This document shows positions 38,325 through 51,815 of a stretch of DNA of 64,000 nt, piece after piece; position 1 is the stretch's first letter; every line of letters starts with the position of its first letter. The stretch lies in the NCBI RefSeq assembly GCF_001194135.2, contig NC_068990.1, forward strand, positions 2,307,100-2,371,099, read 5' to 3'. A program made the translations under genes and the position numbers. The stretch is from Octopus bimaculoides (taxonomy: Eukaryota). A model generated the notes under the pieces. That model worked only from the letters and a program-made list of their open reading frames with translations, searched no databases and was not told the DNA's origin.

Positions 38325-39548
38325 TACAAGGTGCGTAAGATATTTGAAGACATTTATATTTATAAAAAGCATATAATAACAGATAACTTTATTTATCAAA
38401 CAATGCTATGAGGATAAAATTAAACATTCTTTTTTTTGTAACGGTATTCCATAAAGCCACCTTCGGTTTCAACAACTGCTTCTATATGAGATCTAAACCC
38501 TCTACATGCTCGAATCAAGTGGTCCTGGTTCATTTTCGTCATTACTCTAATTATGGCAGCTTTCATAGTATCTTTGGTGTTATGGGCGTGTTCATTGACC
38601 TCTCTCTCAACAACGCACCACCTGCAATAATCCAATAGCTTGAAATCTGGGTGATTGGGAAGCCAAACGTTAGGTGTGTGAAAAGGAAAATTTTCACCCA
38701 TCCGTTCCTGTGTTACAAGAGCCATGTGTGATATTGCAGAGTCTTACTGAAACACATATGGCTTTCCATAGCATACCCTGCACTGTCGTCTATCCAGAGC
38801 TTAACAATTATTTCCAGGACCTCAATATAAGCGGCAAAGTTAACTCTCAGGGCTTGTGGAAAGAGGTAAGGAGGAATCACATGTCTTTCATTGCTGACAA
38901 CCCCTAAAACCATGACAGTTGCAGAAACATTTGTATGCATAACACGTGGAACTTCAGAGAGGTCTGCACATAACCATCCCACGTTTCTTCTGCTAACTTT
39001 TTGATCTTGGTCGACGTTTTTCTCGTTTAAGAAGAACCAAATCAAATATTTTCCTGTAGTTTATTTAATAGCCATTTAGATATGCTGTAGTGATTTTCTT
39101 TTGCTTTTTCGGACAAATTAATTGACCTTTCCTCATCCTATAAGACTTATATATGATGTCTTCGTGGACATTTCTGACTTTTCCTTCTGACACATTGAGA
39201 TCTTTTGCAATGGAATTTCTAAGATTGTAATCAATGGTCTGTTAAACTTGCTGGATAAATTCAGGGATTCTGATGATTTCAAAACATTTAGAATGCTTTT
39301 TCTGCTTTGATACTAGTGATACGTTTCCATCTTCACTCTTTAGCTCCTTACAAACTTTGTAAACTCAAAACATTTTAAAGTCACTATGCTCAGCTTTTAT
39401 AACCATAACAACAGCATACCTCTTCATTTCTTGAATAAGCTGAGGGTTTGCCATTATTATTTTCTGAAACAAAAATTATACAGAGTTAGAAAAAAATACA
39501 GCAATGACCCCAAAAATGTATGTCCTCAAATAATTTACGTACGCTGTA
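38325..39548 (-). mobile_element. Near-full-length Tc1/mariner element of the maT (DD37D-like) type, pseudogenised
   Basis: Inverted termini tacaaggtgcgtaagatatttgaagac (38325) and revcomp tacagcgtacgtaaattatttgaggac (39548), both TA-bounded. ATG at 39454 (MANPQLIQEMKRYAV), then WFFLNEK..VMVLGVVS..YIEVLE..FQ*DSA..WLPNHPDFKLLDY..VVEREV..IEAVVETEGGF. 36 residues separate the second and third Asp in this copy. Confidence 0.9.
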
Positions 39549-39851
39549 TAAGTATGTATGAATGTGTTATATCGCAATACTACATAGTAGCTGTGTGAGT
39601 TACAATGAACAGATCNNNNNNNNNNCAATACTACATAGTAGCTGTGTGAGTTACGAAATCCTCGTCGCAACTGTTATATCGCACGTTCGGATGACCTCAA
39701 CTCAACTACTCCGACGTCTAGACTTCTTCGTATTGGGCTAGCCTACTGCATCGTCTGGGGACGTCGACACAACAGTATGTATGTAAGTGTATATATATAT
39801 ATATATATATATATACTTATATATATACACATACTTATATATATACATACA

Positions 39852-39918
39852 TACTCAACACGGAGGAGTACATCAAGTTTCTGGAGGAGGTAGTGCTGAC
39901 CTGGGTCAAGAGGGTGGT
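39852..39918 (+). mobile_element. Fragment of a second maT-like transposase family
   Basis: LNTEEYIKFLEEVVLTWVKRV is homologous to NFAAYIEVLEIIVKLWID in the 38325 copy; embedded in TA repeats and cut by a 10-N gap. Confidence 0.6.
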
Positions 39919-39966
39919 NNNNNNNNNNTATATTTTTTTAATACATCTATATGTATATATATATGC

Positions 39967-40022
<56 letters not shown>

Positions 40023-40320
40023 GTGTGTGTGTGTGTGAATATAAAACAAAATGGTTAGTTAAAATTTTCTCTATAATAAGCAAAAGCTACAACTATACTA
40101 AAAAGCAATGTAGGAACCAACTTTACTACTGTTTTTAACACCAGGAGGACGCTTCTACCACCTGGTTATCAATGCAATCTGCACCCGATATATATTAAAA
40201 GCAGCTGAGCATTGTGTACGTGTGTGTTTTTGCATATATGGGTATATATTTATGTGTGTGCGTATTCATGGATTTAGATATATATACATGCATACATGCA
40301 TACATACATACATACGTACA

Positions 40321-40379
<59 letters not shown>

Positions 40380-41761
40380 AAATATATATTACGACAAAAT
40401 TTTGTATCTTGGACATAATCTTCGCAAGAAAATGTTTTAACTGTTATTTAGTTTGAAACTTTGCTCATGCTCAGATAAAATGAAATGTTTCTTGGCAGTG
40501 TAAGACTTAGAGTTTGGGTTTAGATTATATGGACTTTCTTGGAAGAAGCGCCTTGTCGTAAAATGCTCACTTGCTGTATAAATTTGATTCGACCAGATTA
40601 GATTCTTTCAAGCATAAATCCTCTTTTTGCGCGTGCCAAAAAATGTTTATTCCTGTAAGATCGAAGCTTGAAATTCTGCTCAGTCACTCTGGTATAAGTA
40701 TTCAATACATAGTCGAGTTTCTACACGGTAACACAAATAAAATAATGATTTCGAAAAGTAATTACCGTTAAGTAGCTAGTTCTGCAGGGTGATAGAGTTA
40801 AAGATTAGAAAATGTCTCTTCTCTATTGATTTTTGTTCCCTTTTTTTGTGGGGTGGGGGAAGCCTTATTCGATTGCAGTGATTAATGGAGCAAGTGAAAT
40901 TGATACAGCAAGAATGGCTAATTCTGGTATTTCAATATAAATAGTTTGGCGGGTAGAGAGAAGAAATTAAATTAAGTAATTCTTCCACAATATATATTCT
41001 TAGAACTTAAACTTTAAATTGGATTATATCAAAGAATAATGCGATGTCTATTCTGATACTTTGGGAATTGTAGGGAGTAGAATATTGAATTTAGTTTACA
41101 AAGCTGCTATTAAGTAAAGCCTCATTATGTTACAGTAAGATTCTAAGAAATGTGCTTTCATCCGGGAATAGTGAAGTTTGAGGCACTTTCTAATATTAGA
41201 AATTAAATTTCTCACCACAATCGGGGTGGGAGTGTGGGTCATTGGAATTCTTATGGATGAGAATTAATTTCTCATTATGAATGCAATTAGCGCAACACTG
41301 ATTCGTGTGCCAGGAAAAGTATTATAAGACAAATGATCTTTATTACGATAAGTATCAGCTGTTATTCTTCTATCTACATGACTTAAACATTATATACATC
41401 ATTTTAAAAGTCATTGCTTGTTGCTTCTGCAAACGTTTTACATTCAAAGCAGAATGATTTATAGACTGAGTTGCATATAATAGGGACAGTTTTTGAAAAA
41501 GTATTAGTAGTATTGGTAGATATAGATAATATTCTATTGTATTTGCTTTTGTTTGGTCCTGAAAGAGATGCTTGTATACACACACACACACACACACACG
41601 CACAAACACACATATATTTATGCATATATGTGTGTGCATATATATATATGTGTGTGTTCAATAAAATGAAATAAATATATGTAACAATATAATCAAAGAA
41701 ACTAATGGCTGAATTGTCATATTTTAAAATCTGATATATGTGTACATATGTATAGGTATGT

Positions 41762-41990
41762 GAGTGCACGGGCTTTAGTTGTTAGCGTATTGCATTCACT
41801 ATTGTAGGATTGCGGTTCCGATGTCTGAACCGGGTAGTGCATTTTGTTTTTGCGCAAAACTCTTCAGTTCGCATTGTTCCAGTTCTCGTCGTTGGCAAGA
41901 ATGAGTGACCCTGCGACTGACCGGCGTACTCTCCATCGGGAGAATATATTCACCAAAGGACCCGACCTTATGAGCCCTTCGCTCGAAAAG
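41762..41990 (+). mobile_element. Decayed tRNA-SINE (second family or a relative)
   Basis: Head gtgcacgggctttagttgttagcg..gcggttccga resembles the 8711 head in register; body continues ttttgcgcaaaactcttc..ctgcgactgaccggcg. Confidence 0.55.
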
Positions 41991-42179
41991 GACCTTTGTT
42001 TCTTTTCGATGTATATGTATATATTTATGTATGTGTTACTGAACAGACTTAAGGAAAAGTGATTACATTTCATTCACGATAACAACAATAACATTAATAA
42101 CTGTACGCCTTGCTTTATTGACATATTAAATAGGATTGGATGCAGATGTTATAGCAAGACATCAAACACCTTTCGTCTG

Positions 42180-42220
42180 CTGAAGATGACAAACAGTGAA
42201 AACGTCTAAGGCAGAGAAAA
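42180..42220 (+). ncRNA. Second decayed hammerhead-like motif in a Penelope pLTR-like context
   Basis: CTGAAGA-t-gac-aaaca-gt-GAAAA-c-GTC; gcagagaaa downstream is complementary to tttc(g)tctgc upstream; AATAAA at 42252-42257. Confidence 0.4.
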
Positions 42221-42737
42221 CCTATTGAAATAGTTGTGAAATTTGCTTTAGAATAAAATAAACCCGTGGGAATGTACACAAACATAGTTACATAAACTCA
42301 CACATACTCTTATATATGCACAACTATTTTTATTCTAGAAGATGACAATATCATAGGGACATAGCCAAGTCACTATTTTTGCTGACATACTTCTCACACT
42401 CTTCTCTCTTTGTTAAAAATTGATCGATGCCACGCAATTCCTAAGCGTATCCATTTAATTCTTTTATTTTTTTCTTATTAACTTTTGTTTACAAATTTCG
42501 TGATCATCCACTTGCTGTTATAGAAGGGCCTATAGAAATCTACTGATAAACAAATTGTATAGTTGCAGAAATATAGATAAAATAATAATGGGTCACTAAG
42601 TAAACTGGTCGACATCAAAATATACTGAATCTTCTTGGTAAAATGAAATAACTTTTCTGCATACGTAGAAAATATCTCCCAGAGGATCTCTTTGAAGAGA
42701 TGTACGTCTACACATACCCGCCAAAAGAATCAAATAA

Positions 42738-42925
42738 TAATGGTTTCAAATTTTGCCACAAGGGTAGAAATTCCGGGGGAGGAAATGAATGGATTACATC
42801 GATCGCAGTGTTCAACTGGTACTTATTTTATAGACCCCGAAATGACGAAAGCAAACTCGACCTCAGAACGTAGCGACGGGAGAAATACCGCAGCATTTCC
42901 CCCGGTGTGCTAACGATTCTCTCAT
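42738..42925 (-). mobile_element. tRNA-SINE (family of 10209) with a 16-nt internal deletion
   Basis: aactggtacttattttatagaccccg..tcgacctc|agaacgtag..aaataccgcagcatttccc..tgctaacg; lacks ggcggaatttgaactc relative to the 10209 copy. Confidence 0.85.
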
Positions 42926-43764
42926 CAAATAATCACAGAGGCAAACCAGACACATATCTGTGGGAAGCAGCTACGAAAGCAGGGTCAGGAAAAAGAAAAA
43001 TGCCATTTCACTGATTCTGCCAATAGACCGTCTTTTAATGATAATTATGGTAATTTTGACTTTTTCAATAATTTTACAAAATATAATTGATGATGATGAC
43101 CTCGAAAATGTCAACGAAGATTACGACTGCTATGATAATGAAGACGAGTATGATTATTATGAGGTACAATATTTCTAAAATTAACTATCTAAACAGTTTA
43201 AATTATATTTGGCATCCGAAATGATTTTAACAAACTATTTGAAGGATATAATTTGAATGCAATATTTATTCTTGCAAGTTTCCTCTCATTTATCTCAATT
43301 TATTTGCTGTATGTTTTTTTCTATATTTTAATGAATTTCGCATCTGCAAACTTAATTGAACATTTCAAGTTGTCTGGAAGTTTCAGGGATAACTGAAAAT
43401 TTTTGCTTTTATCGAATAGGAATATGTTTCCTTCTATTTCATAGAAACACAAAAAGTCAGACATTAAAACGTTCTGACACGCATATCATATTATTCCTAC
43501 AAGAAGTAAAAGTAAAAAAATTCTCGACAGAAGTTAAATTTTTATAAACCGATCGATTTTCTGTGCGCCAAGCCAAAATTTACTCGTAGTCGTTCTCTTG
43601 ACTTGTTCTCACAAGCACACACGATTAATAAATACACGTGCAGAAGCAAGGTAAGAATATAAACATGTCTTATTAATTACACACACACAAACACACACAC
43701 ACACACACACANNNNNNNNNNNNNNNNNNNNNNNNNNNNNNNNNNNNNNNNNNNNNNNNNNNNN

Positions 43765-43798
<34 letters not shown>

Positions 43799-44162
43799 GC
43801 ATAAAGACAGATAGACAGAAAGACAGACGTAGAGATAGAGAGACAGATAGATAGATATAAATCAAATATATTTGTAGATCGATCACGTCAAAGGTCTGCC
43901 TGAGAAATTTTCTGAAAATTGAAATTCATTGTCAATAAAGATATAATAAAAGCTAGACATCGTGCATGTATTGAGTTTTTTCGATAGTCATAATGAAAGC
44001 ACGTGCAACATTCGGGGTGTCGTCGTGGGTTTATATATGTATAGATACATGTATGTGTGTATATATATATATGTATGTATATATGTATATATATATATAC
44101 ATACATATAGATAGATATATAAATATAAACATATATGTATATATGCATATATATGTGTGTGT

Positions 44163-44198
<36 letters not shown>

Positions 44199-44859
44199 GC
44201 ATATCGGTTGATTTTCTGCCAGTAGATTTAGTCTAATATCTAATCAAATGACCTGACGGTGAGTTAAGATAAGCAAGAAAAACAAGAACGGCTGGTAAGA
44301 AAAAAAATCTCTTTAAATAAATGTTATCGAAGCAATTTCTAGAGAAAGTAACACACAGTAACCATATATCTTCTTATTTGCATTTTCCTGATTTGTAATA
44401 TAATACAGTATTTGTGCTTTCCATTGAGACACTATATAATTTTGTATTTGCAATGGGACACAAGCGAGCTCAACATTATACATGTGCACATACTTTCATT
44501 CTAACATTCGCACACAAGTATACGCCATTCACTCTCACATTGGAAATAATCATTCTTGGTATCTATCTAGAAAAATGATACTTCGAAAAAGAAGTCAATA
44601 CCTTCGACGTTGACAAGGTTCTGAGAACGAACAGCGAACTCATGGAAAACATTTTGAAGCTGCATACATAGCCAAACCCATCCTGTTTATCCCTGTTCAT
44701 GGAGAACACAAAGTGTCTATACCTCGCTTACAGTATTTGACTGGAACCGCAACAATCGCAGCATATAGAATCTCGGAGCAAGAGAAAAGAAAAAGTCAAT
44801 GGGGGTGGGCTAGAAGATGAATCCTACGTATCATAGTCTTACAGACTAACGGCATTCCT

Positions 44860-45110
44860 TTTGATTACAAGCATTTGTGCAAATTCTAACCTGCCAGATC
44901 ATTCCATTTCTCGATTTCTCCTTGCTTTCTCTTGTAATTCTTCCTCTGTCCTATCATATCCCTTCGCTCCCTTAAACACATGTGGCCTAGCTACATCATC
45001 CGTTTCACTAATAATCTCAGTCTACCTCATAATCTAATAGTGACCCTGGAGTGTGTCAATGCCTCCCATTAAAACGAAAGCTTTCTTCCAGCATACAACC
45101 AAAACATCGC
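44860..45110 (-). mobile_element. Possible RTE-clade LINE 3' ORF relic
   Basis: Minus-strand GQRKNYK resembles the RTE C-terminal GGQRKRYKD motif; purine-rich coding-like strand; heavily decayed. Confidence 0.35.
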
Positions 45111-48100
45111 ATGTAGGAGAGGCAACACTATATTTCCAATGCAAATATTTCTGAGAGTGCGGGATTGGGACAAATTTTAATTATAGCCCAACCTATCAAA
45201 GAGATAAAGAAGTGCATGAAGGAAACACAATGTGATGTCTCAAAATTGTATCATATACATTTAGTAGGCTAGTCATAGATTTTGTGTACGAAAACTACAT
45301 GATTAAAAGTGTCACTTTACATTATTCCGTATGGTATAACGTGAAGAAAATTTTTCACTGATATTTCGAGCTTTCAAGAAGATTGTATGATCATGTAGAA
45401 GATCCATCGTTTTCTCAAGATAGTAAAAAGGACACTGCATGTGTTCTACAGATTATATTGGCCTCACGCCATTTAAATTGATCCATTTTCCATCCACTGG
45501 CCTTTAAATTTTCTATTCAGTCATTGAACACGTTCTAACCACATATTACTATAATCTTTACTTCACAAACTGTTTATGTTTTCATGCAGTTGTAAAATAG
45601 CAACTCTTTGATAGAGACATTAAGCATGCCTTTCTTGTAGAGTTTGCATAATCTATGAGCGCTACTCTTTGTTCTAGACCAAAACAATAAAAATAATATA
45701 CTGATGTCGTTTCCACATAGCGTGGCAGGATTTAGGGCAAAGTGAAATCAACGTAGCAGCTATGATTACTCTGCATGCGCACAATATATTACACACTGTT
45801 TCTTAATTTTTAAAGTTCGCTAAAAAATATGTATAAGCATTAATTTGAAGGCCTTTACATTCACTACAGAAACGGGATTTGTGGCGAGAAATTTTAAAGC
45901 GCACTGTACTAATGGATAGTAATCTTCATTTTCGGATTCAAAATTCTAAGGTCAATAAATTTTCGGAATCAAAGCAAGGGATCACATAAGTTTACCGTTC
46001 AGTGAATGTGGATCGAAAATGGATGAATTTGGAGATAAATTGTGAACAACTAAATAGCTGACACGCTACACGTTAGTACAAGAGCTGCTGTGGTTTTATG
46101 AACGAACAAGAAAACATCTAGAGCATAGGAAGCAGAATAAAAATTAAATAGATTGTTTCCCAATATTCTAGAAATCATGGAGAAGAAAAAGTTCATCAAA
46201 TCACTGCGCGTTTGATGAGTAAATGATTCATAATATCAATATAAAACATACCAATACAATATTTGTTCAACACGCACACATTACGTTGTTTTTCTTCTAG
46301 ATCAGGGAGATATCTGGACACTTATCAATATTCATATCCATATCTAACTGAAATGATATACTATGTTGACGAGATAATTATTGAGACTAAGTTACTGCTT
46401 GCTCTGCCGTATAATTCTAAGAATTCATATAAATATATCAATACTTTTCTTATTGTTACTTTTCATCTGCGTTACAAATGGATGATGATTTAAAATTTGA
46501 TATGGTACTAGTGAAAACTAGTACCATCTCAAAAACGAGGATTCGTCCTTTCATATGCTTGCTTTGGTGATTAACTGAGTAATGATGAATCGTTTTGTTC
46601 GTATATATTCCATGCAAATCGTTCAGTTCATACTTAATAATTCTGTTCCAAAGAATTCCGAGACGCATATTTTGGATATCAATGAAATTTTTTTAGATAA
46701 CTACTGTTTATAGATATATCAGTTCTTTGATGGGAACGATTTATTCTCCTTCAAGAATTTTGAAAAAAAAAAACAAAGTTCAATTGTCCTGCTATTACAG
46801 AAAAAGCCCGCCCTCTGATTATGATGAATTATGCACATGGCCATTTCTGTTCAATCCCTGGAGATGAGGTATGAAGTAAAACTGGGTAATATTTCTAACA
46901 TTCTCACGTGAACTCAAATTTGTAAGATGACTATGTTATTTTAAATCGACCCAGTATTTTATGAACGTTCATTTTACTTCAATACTATATTTTTTGTCAT
47001 CATATACTACGTTTCTGGGATTCATTTTCTTACAAGGGCTTCGGTTTTTCCTAATTAGAGGTTCTGTTGCATTAGTTTCTATCTGTCAATGATATAAAAA
47101 AAAACATTTATGATTCTCAGTTGACATAGCCTCCTACTCGTCTCTTTAAATATCTTGGTTGCATTTCAGCATATAGTTATAGCCATAAATTAACTATTGA
47201 TATAATAAATCAAATCAATTTCGGATTTATTATCTGTTGTCATTAATCAGGATGTCATTATTATTCTGCTAAAAGAGTTTCCTCTGCTCTTCATTTTGGT
47301 AATCAGATACTAGATTTGTTGCAACTTCCTGCTCTTGTATAAAAGATTGCGACGATATAATCAATTTTCTATATCGGTAGTTATATAATTTCGATACCTT
47401 TGCTATTATTAATCATGAAATGCATGCCATCTTGTTGAGGCTAATTCGTGGCCATTTTCTATACAGAATTGAGCTGAATTGTTTGTAATAAGATATAATT
47501 GAAAGTTTATAATAATATCATCTTTCTAAGAACACCAAATTATCTTTGGTTCGCTGTATTCAGTTATTAATTACCAAGTGAAAACTTCAAGTTGACTTTG
47601 AGACCAAGCTGAAAATTTGTAAAAATGTTCTTCAACGATTTTTAGTTGATGAAAACTGGTCAGAAAATTCTGGTGCACTTCCTTGTTTTAGCTGATATTC
47701 ATTACGATAATTTAGTCACACTTTTCGCTATTTTTAAATAATGTACATCTTCATGGATATTTATGCTGTCTATATCAAATAATTGTATTTGTGTAATTAA
47801 TTTACTTACAGCAGCATCAAATTATCTATCGTAAGAAAAAGAATATTCTTACAAATATTGTTTTTAAATAATGAGATTAATACATTTTAAAACATATCAC
47901 AGGATTTTAGAAATGCTTAAGAATGAAGGTAATAAGACGTTTAAGCATAAGAGTGGGGAACTGTACCCTTCTGCATATGAATAAATGTAGTCAAATAATA
48001 GTAGGAACGTAGAGAGTTAATTCGACATTCGTATATAACCAATATTTTGCACAAATGAAACCTAATAATATAATAAATCTACGAATTACAATAAAAAGTG

Positions 48101-48508
48101 ACCAGATTTAAACAAAACGACAAAATATACATGGCATATATCTGCTATTATAACGAGAGAATGCACCAAAGCATAACCAGGAACTGCAACGCAAACCTCT
48201 GATTCACAAATAACAATGATGCATGAATCACAGCAAACGAGTTCGCACAGGATGATAAAATAGAAATTTCCAAGGTTCTGAGTTGAAATTATAATTTTTA
48301 TCTGGATGTAGGTGAAAATTTGTTTCTCACATAAGAACTTTCAATTTCAAATAGTGCTATCCTTGTTTCTTTAAATGGATTAGCAAAATATAATCGTATA
48401 TAAACGTCTTTCGAAACAACGTCATGTGATGAACATGGATGCAATATAAGTGTGTCTATATACACTTATATATATATATATATATATNNNNNNNNNNTGT
48501 GTGTGTGT

Positions 48509-48548
<40 letters not shown>

Positions 48549-48750
48549 TACTCACACAGATGATACACTCGCGCACACACACAACAGAGTATACACGCAT
48601 TCGTTAGCTTCATTCACACAAGTGATTGCTCAGAAACACACGCTCCCATACCCACAGGTCCACGTGCACATAATAGCTTCATACCCACATGCATGCTTGC
48701 TCACGCATTCATATATGCCAGATCACAGTCATCTCCCTTGTCACACAAGA

Positions 48751-49415
48751 TTGTTGTCAACTTCACAGTTTTTTTCCGTCACCAGTCACAAGTCTATCCA
48801 AAAAGGTGAAATGATTTCGCGAGAATGGAGAGAAGTGTAGATGTCAAGTAGGGATTTGCGGCTGCTTTCGGACAATTCATGCGGCACCCATTTTCCAAGT
48901 TTAGGAACTTTTTAAAGTTGTTGAAGATGACGATGAACAGTTGTATAGCTTGAACTAAGATTTATTGCCAATTCTCCAACTGATTCTGCAGGATTTTCTT
49001 CAAGTAATGCCTCAAGGAGCTTATCATCAAACTCAACTGGACGTCCTGTTTGATTTTCATCTTCAAGGCTGAAATGTCCACTTCTGAATTTTGCAAACAA
49101 TCTTCTGCAACTTCTCTCATTCAAGCATTCTCTCCCATAAACTGAGTGCATGTTTCGAGTTGCTTTGGCTGCAGAGTTTCCTATTTTGTACTCATAAAAC
49201 ATTATGTGCCTCAAATACTCTTTGGATATTTCCATGTTAGAAAGGGTTTTAATGAGAGAAATTTTAATTCTATTATTCTGTGAAATAATACTTAATTATT
49301 TTAAATGTACACAAATGCATAAAAATAACTTTTAATTCCATTAGACATTCTAAAATACTATTAAATTTCATAAAATTTAAAAAATGGTAAAATCGGACAG
49401 AATTTATGGGATAAA

Positions 49416-49421
<6 letters not shown>
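48751..49421 (-). mobile_element. mariner transposon, 5' half (3'-truncated after the first catalytic Asp)
   Basis: 5' TIR tatcagtttatcccataaattctgtccgatt; ORF 48912-49235 MEISKEYLRHIMFYEYKIGNSAAKATRN..FAKFRSGHFSLEDENQTGRP; then GKWVPHELS..PFLDRLVTGDGK. Confidence 0.92.
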
Positions 49422-49449
<28 letters not shown>

Positions 49450-50890
49450 NNNNNNNNNNNNNNNNNNNNNNNNNNNNNNNNNNNNNNNNNNNNNNNNNNN
49501 NNNNNNNNNNNNNNNNNNNNNNNNNNNNNNNNNNNNNNNNNNNNNNNNNNNNNNNNNNNNNNNNNNNNNNNNNNNNNNNNNNNNNNNNNNNNNNNNNNNN
49601 NNNNNNNNNNNNNNNNNNNNNNNNNNNNNNNNNNNNNNNNNNNNNNNNNNNNNNNNNNNNNNNNNNNNNNNNNNNNNNNNNNNNNATATATATATATATA
49701 TATATACAGAGAGAGAGAGAGAAAGAGACAGAGTGAGAGAAAGTGAAAATGTGAAAAAGAAAGTGAAAGAGACTTGTGATTGAAATAATAATTTGATGTG
49801 ATAATCAATGTTTTGAATTTTGCAACGTATTCCAAAGAATTTTTTTCTGAATATGTCAGTTTAAACTCTACATAACGTGGGCATAAATGATTTCGCAGAG
49901 CTAAAACATAGAATACAATAAAAAGAAATGATTTTAAAATAATCTCAGAAAAACAAATTTCTTCCTACTTCTATATTTATTAATTTACTACCACATTTTT
50001 CACATTTCTTCCTTTATTTTGCTTGAATAATGAAACAAAAACAGAAAAGAAAACTAACATAAAATACGAAAAATAATTTTAACTTAAAATAATTGAAAAC
50101 TAATTAATATTGAAATAGTTTCTACGCAAGATTAACCATTTTTCATCTACTCATTCATGGAATCACTACAAGTTCGCTGTACGTCCTCCTTAAGAGACAC
50201 TCCAAATAAAAATGAATTCTTTTTTCTGGCAACATATGAAAACGGAACGAAATTGTATTCTTTTTGTCCATTCTATATTTATAGCTTTCTGTTTTATTGC
50301 TTTTTCTTTGATTTTATTTTTATCAATCAAGTTTGATTAAGTGTTGTTTAGCTTCAATTTTTTTTTCTGTTTAAATTTTATGCAGTACTGTTGTGTATTT
50401 GCTTTCAATGTTATTGTCGAGGATAATATTAATTTAGAAATTTTAGCAAAATGGTTGTTAAAAGCATAGTTCCTTCCACAATTCAGATTCTAAAATTCTG
50501 TCCGCTCGTAAATATCACGTGAATATTCTGTACGCTACGTATATATATNNNNNNNNNNNNNNNNNNNNNNNTATATATATATATATTAATGAAATTTTAC
50601 GAAGTTTTATAATTTAGTAATTATATTTTCCAATTTCCTGTTGAATACTGTTTCACCGAAATTTAGTTTATTGAAACTATTTTTCTTTATTTTAAAAAGT
50701 CAATTTTTCATCAATTCTCCATGATTTTAGACTTGTTATACACATGTTCGATGATATTTGAAATTAACCTAACAATTGAGAAATAATTACTAAATGGATG
50801 GTAGTAAATCTACACCGATAAAAACCACATACATACACATACATATATATTTATATGTACGCGCATAATACGTATATTTATTCACACATA

Positions 50891-51815
50891 TACGAGGTGC
50901 ATTCTAGATGGTTTGAGGGATTTTTTGAGTTGAGGCAGCTTCAATTGTCCTTGATTATTGTAATGTTAGTATATCCTTATAATATAATTTAATAAGCTGA
51001 CCAGCAAAGTGTTCCAGATTTAAGATCGAAAGAGACGGTTGTAAAATCACTTTGAGCATATCCTACTAAACGCTGTTTTTCATAACTCATTAGTTTAGAG
51101 AATTCAGTAAGGATGTGAAGACAATTTGGAAGCTGGCTATGTAATAAATTTTTCAGTTAAAGAGGGAAAAAGACCTACAGAACTTATGGGTTAACGGCAC
51201 AAGACTATAAGAATTGTAGTAGAAGGACGTCAAAACATCAGAGATGGTTGAGAAAATTTGTAATTCTCGACACGGGTATGGTCGCATGTCTATAAAGGCA
51301 ATATGGGTACTGTGTGGAGTTGTGGAAACTGCACACAGAACTAATGATGAAGGTCTGAGCATGCACAACTATATACGAAGTTTGATCCTAGGGTACTCAG
51401 TGACGAATATAAGTTAAAGACGCGTTCTGTACAATGGAAACATCCTGGCTCTTCCAGACCAAAGAAGGCCAAGCAAAGCAAATTCACCCCTTTTTTGCCA
51501 AACTACTTGACAGACATGGGAATCAGACTGTCTCGCTTTCTGCCTGCAGATCATACCTTACTCCTTATCCCATTTGGTTGTTCCCAAAGCTGAAGGGGAA
51601 CCTCAGGAGCAGTCGATCTGAAGACACTGAGATGATGAAGGAATCTGTGACAAGGGCCCTGGACACCTGATTCGAAGACTTCTAGGGTGCGTTCATAAAG
51701 CTCCTGCAGCGCTCCAGCAAAAAACATTGAAGGTAGAGGATTCTGTTTTGTACTCCTTTCAAATTTATAAATATCTATCCTCAAAATGTCTCAGAAGTTC
51801 TGTAGCACACCTTGC
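50891..51815 (+). mobile_element. mariner transposon with two internal deletions, decayed
   Basis: Starts tacgaggtgc; DPRVLSDE (compare FVPRxL) jumps to TRSVQWKHPGSSRPKKAKQSK, then to PYPIWLFPKLKGNLR..EDTEMMKESVTRALD; TIR-like gcacaccttg near 51805-51815. Confidence 0.75.

Noticed and set aside
39575-39654. Exact 29-bp duplication on either side of a 10-N gap
   Set aside because: Most simply an unmerged contig overlap in the assembly rather than a biological duplication.
41960-41992. gagc-ccttc-gctc-gaaa hammerhead-like stem II
   Set aside because: The upstream CUGANGA box and the downstream GUH are not present in register; it lies inside a SINE body.
46456-46668. HYSVNH motif suggesting a Merlin/IS1595-like transposase
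   Set aside because: One short motif only; no catalytic residues or TIRs found.
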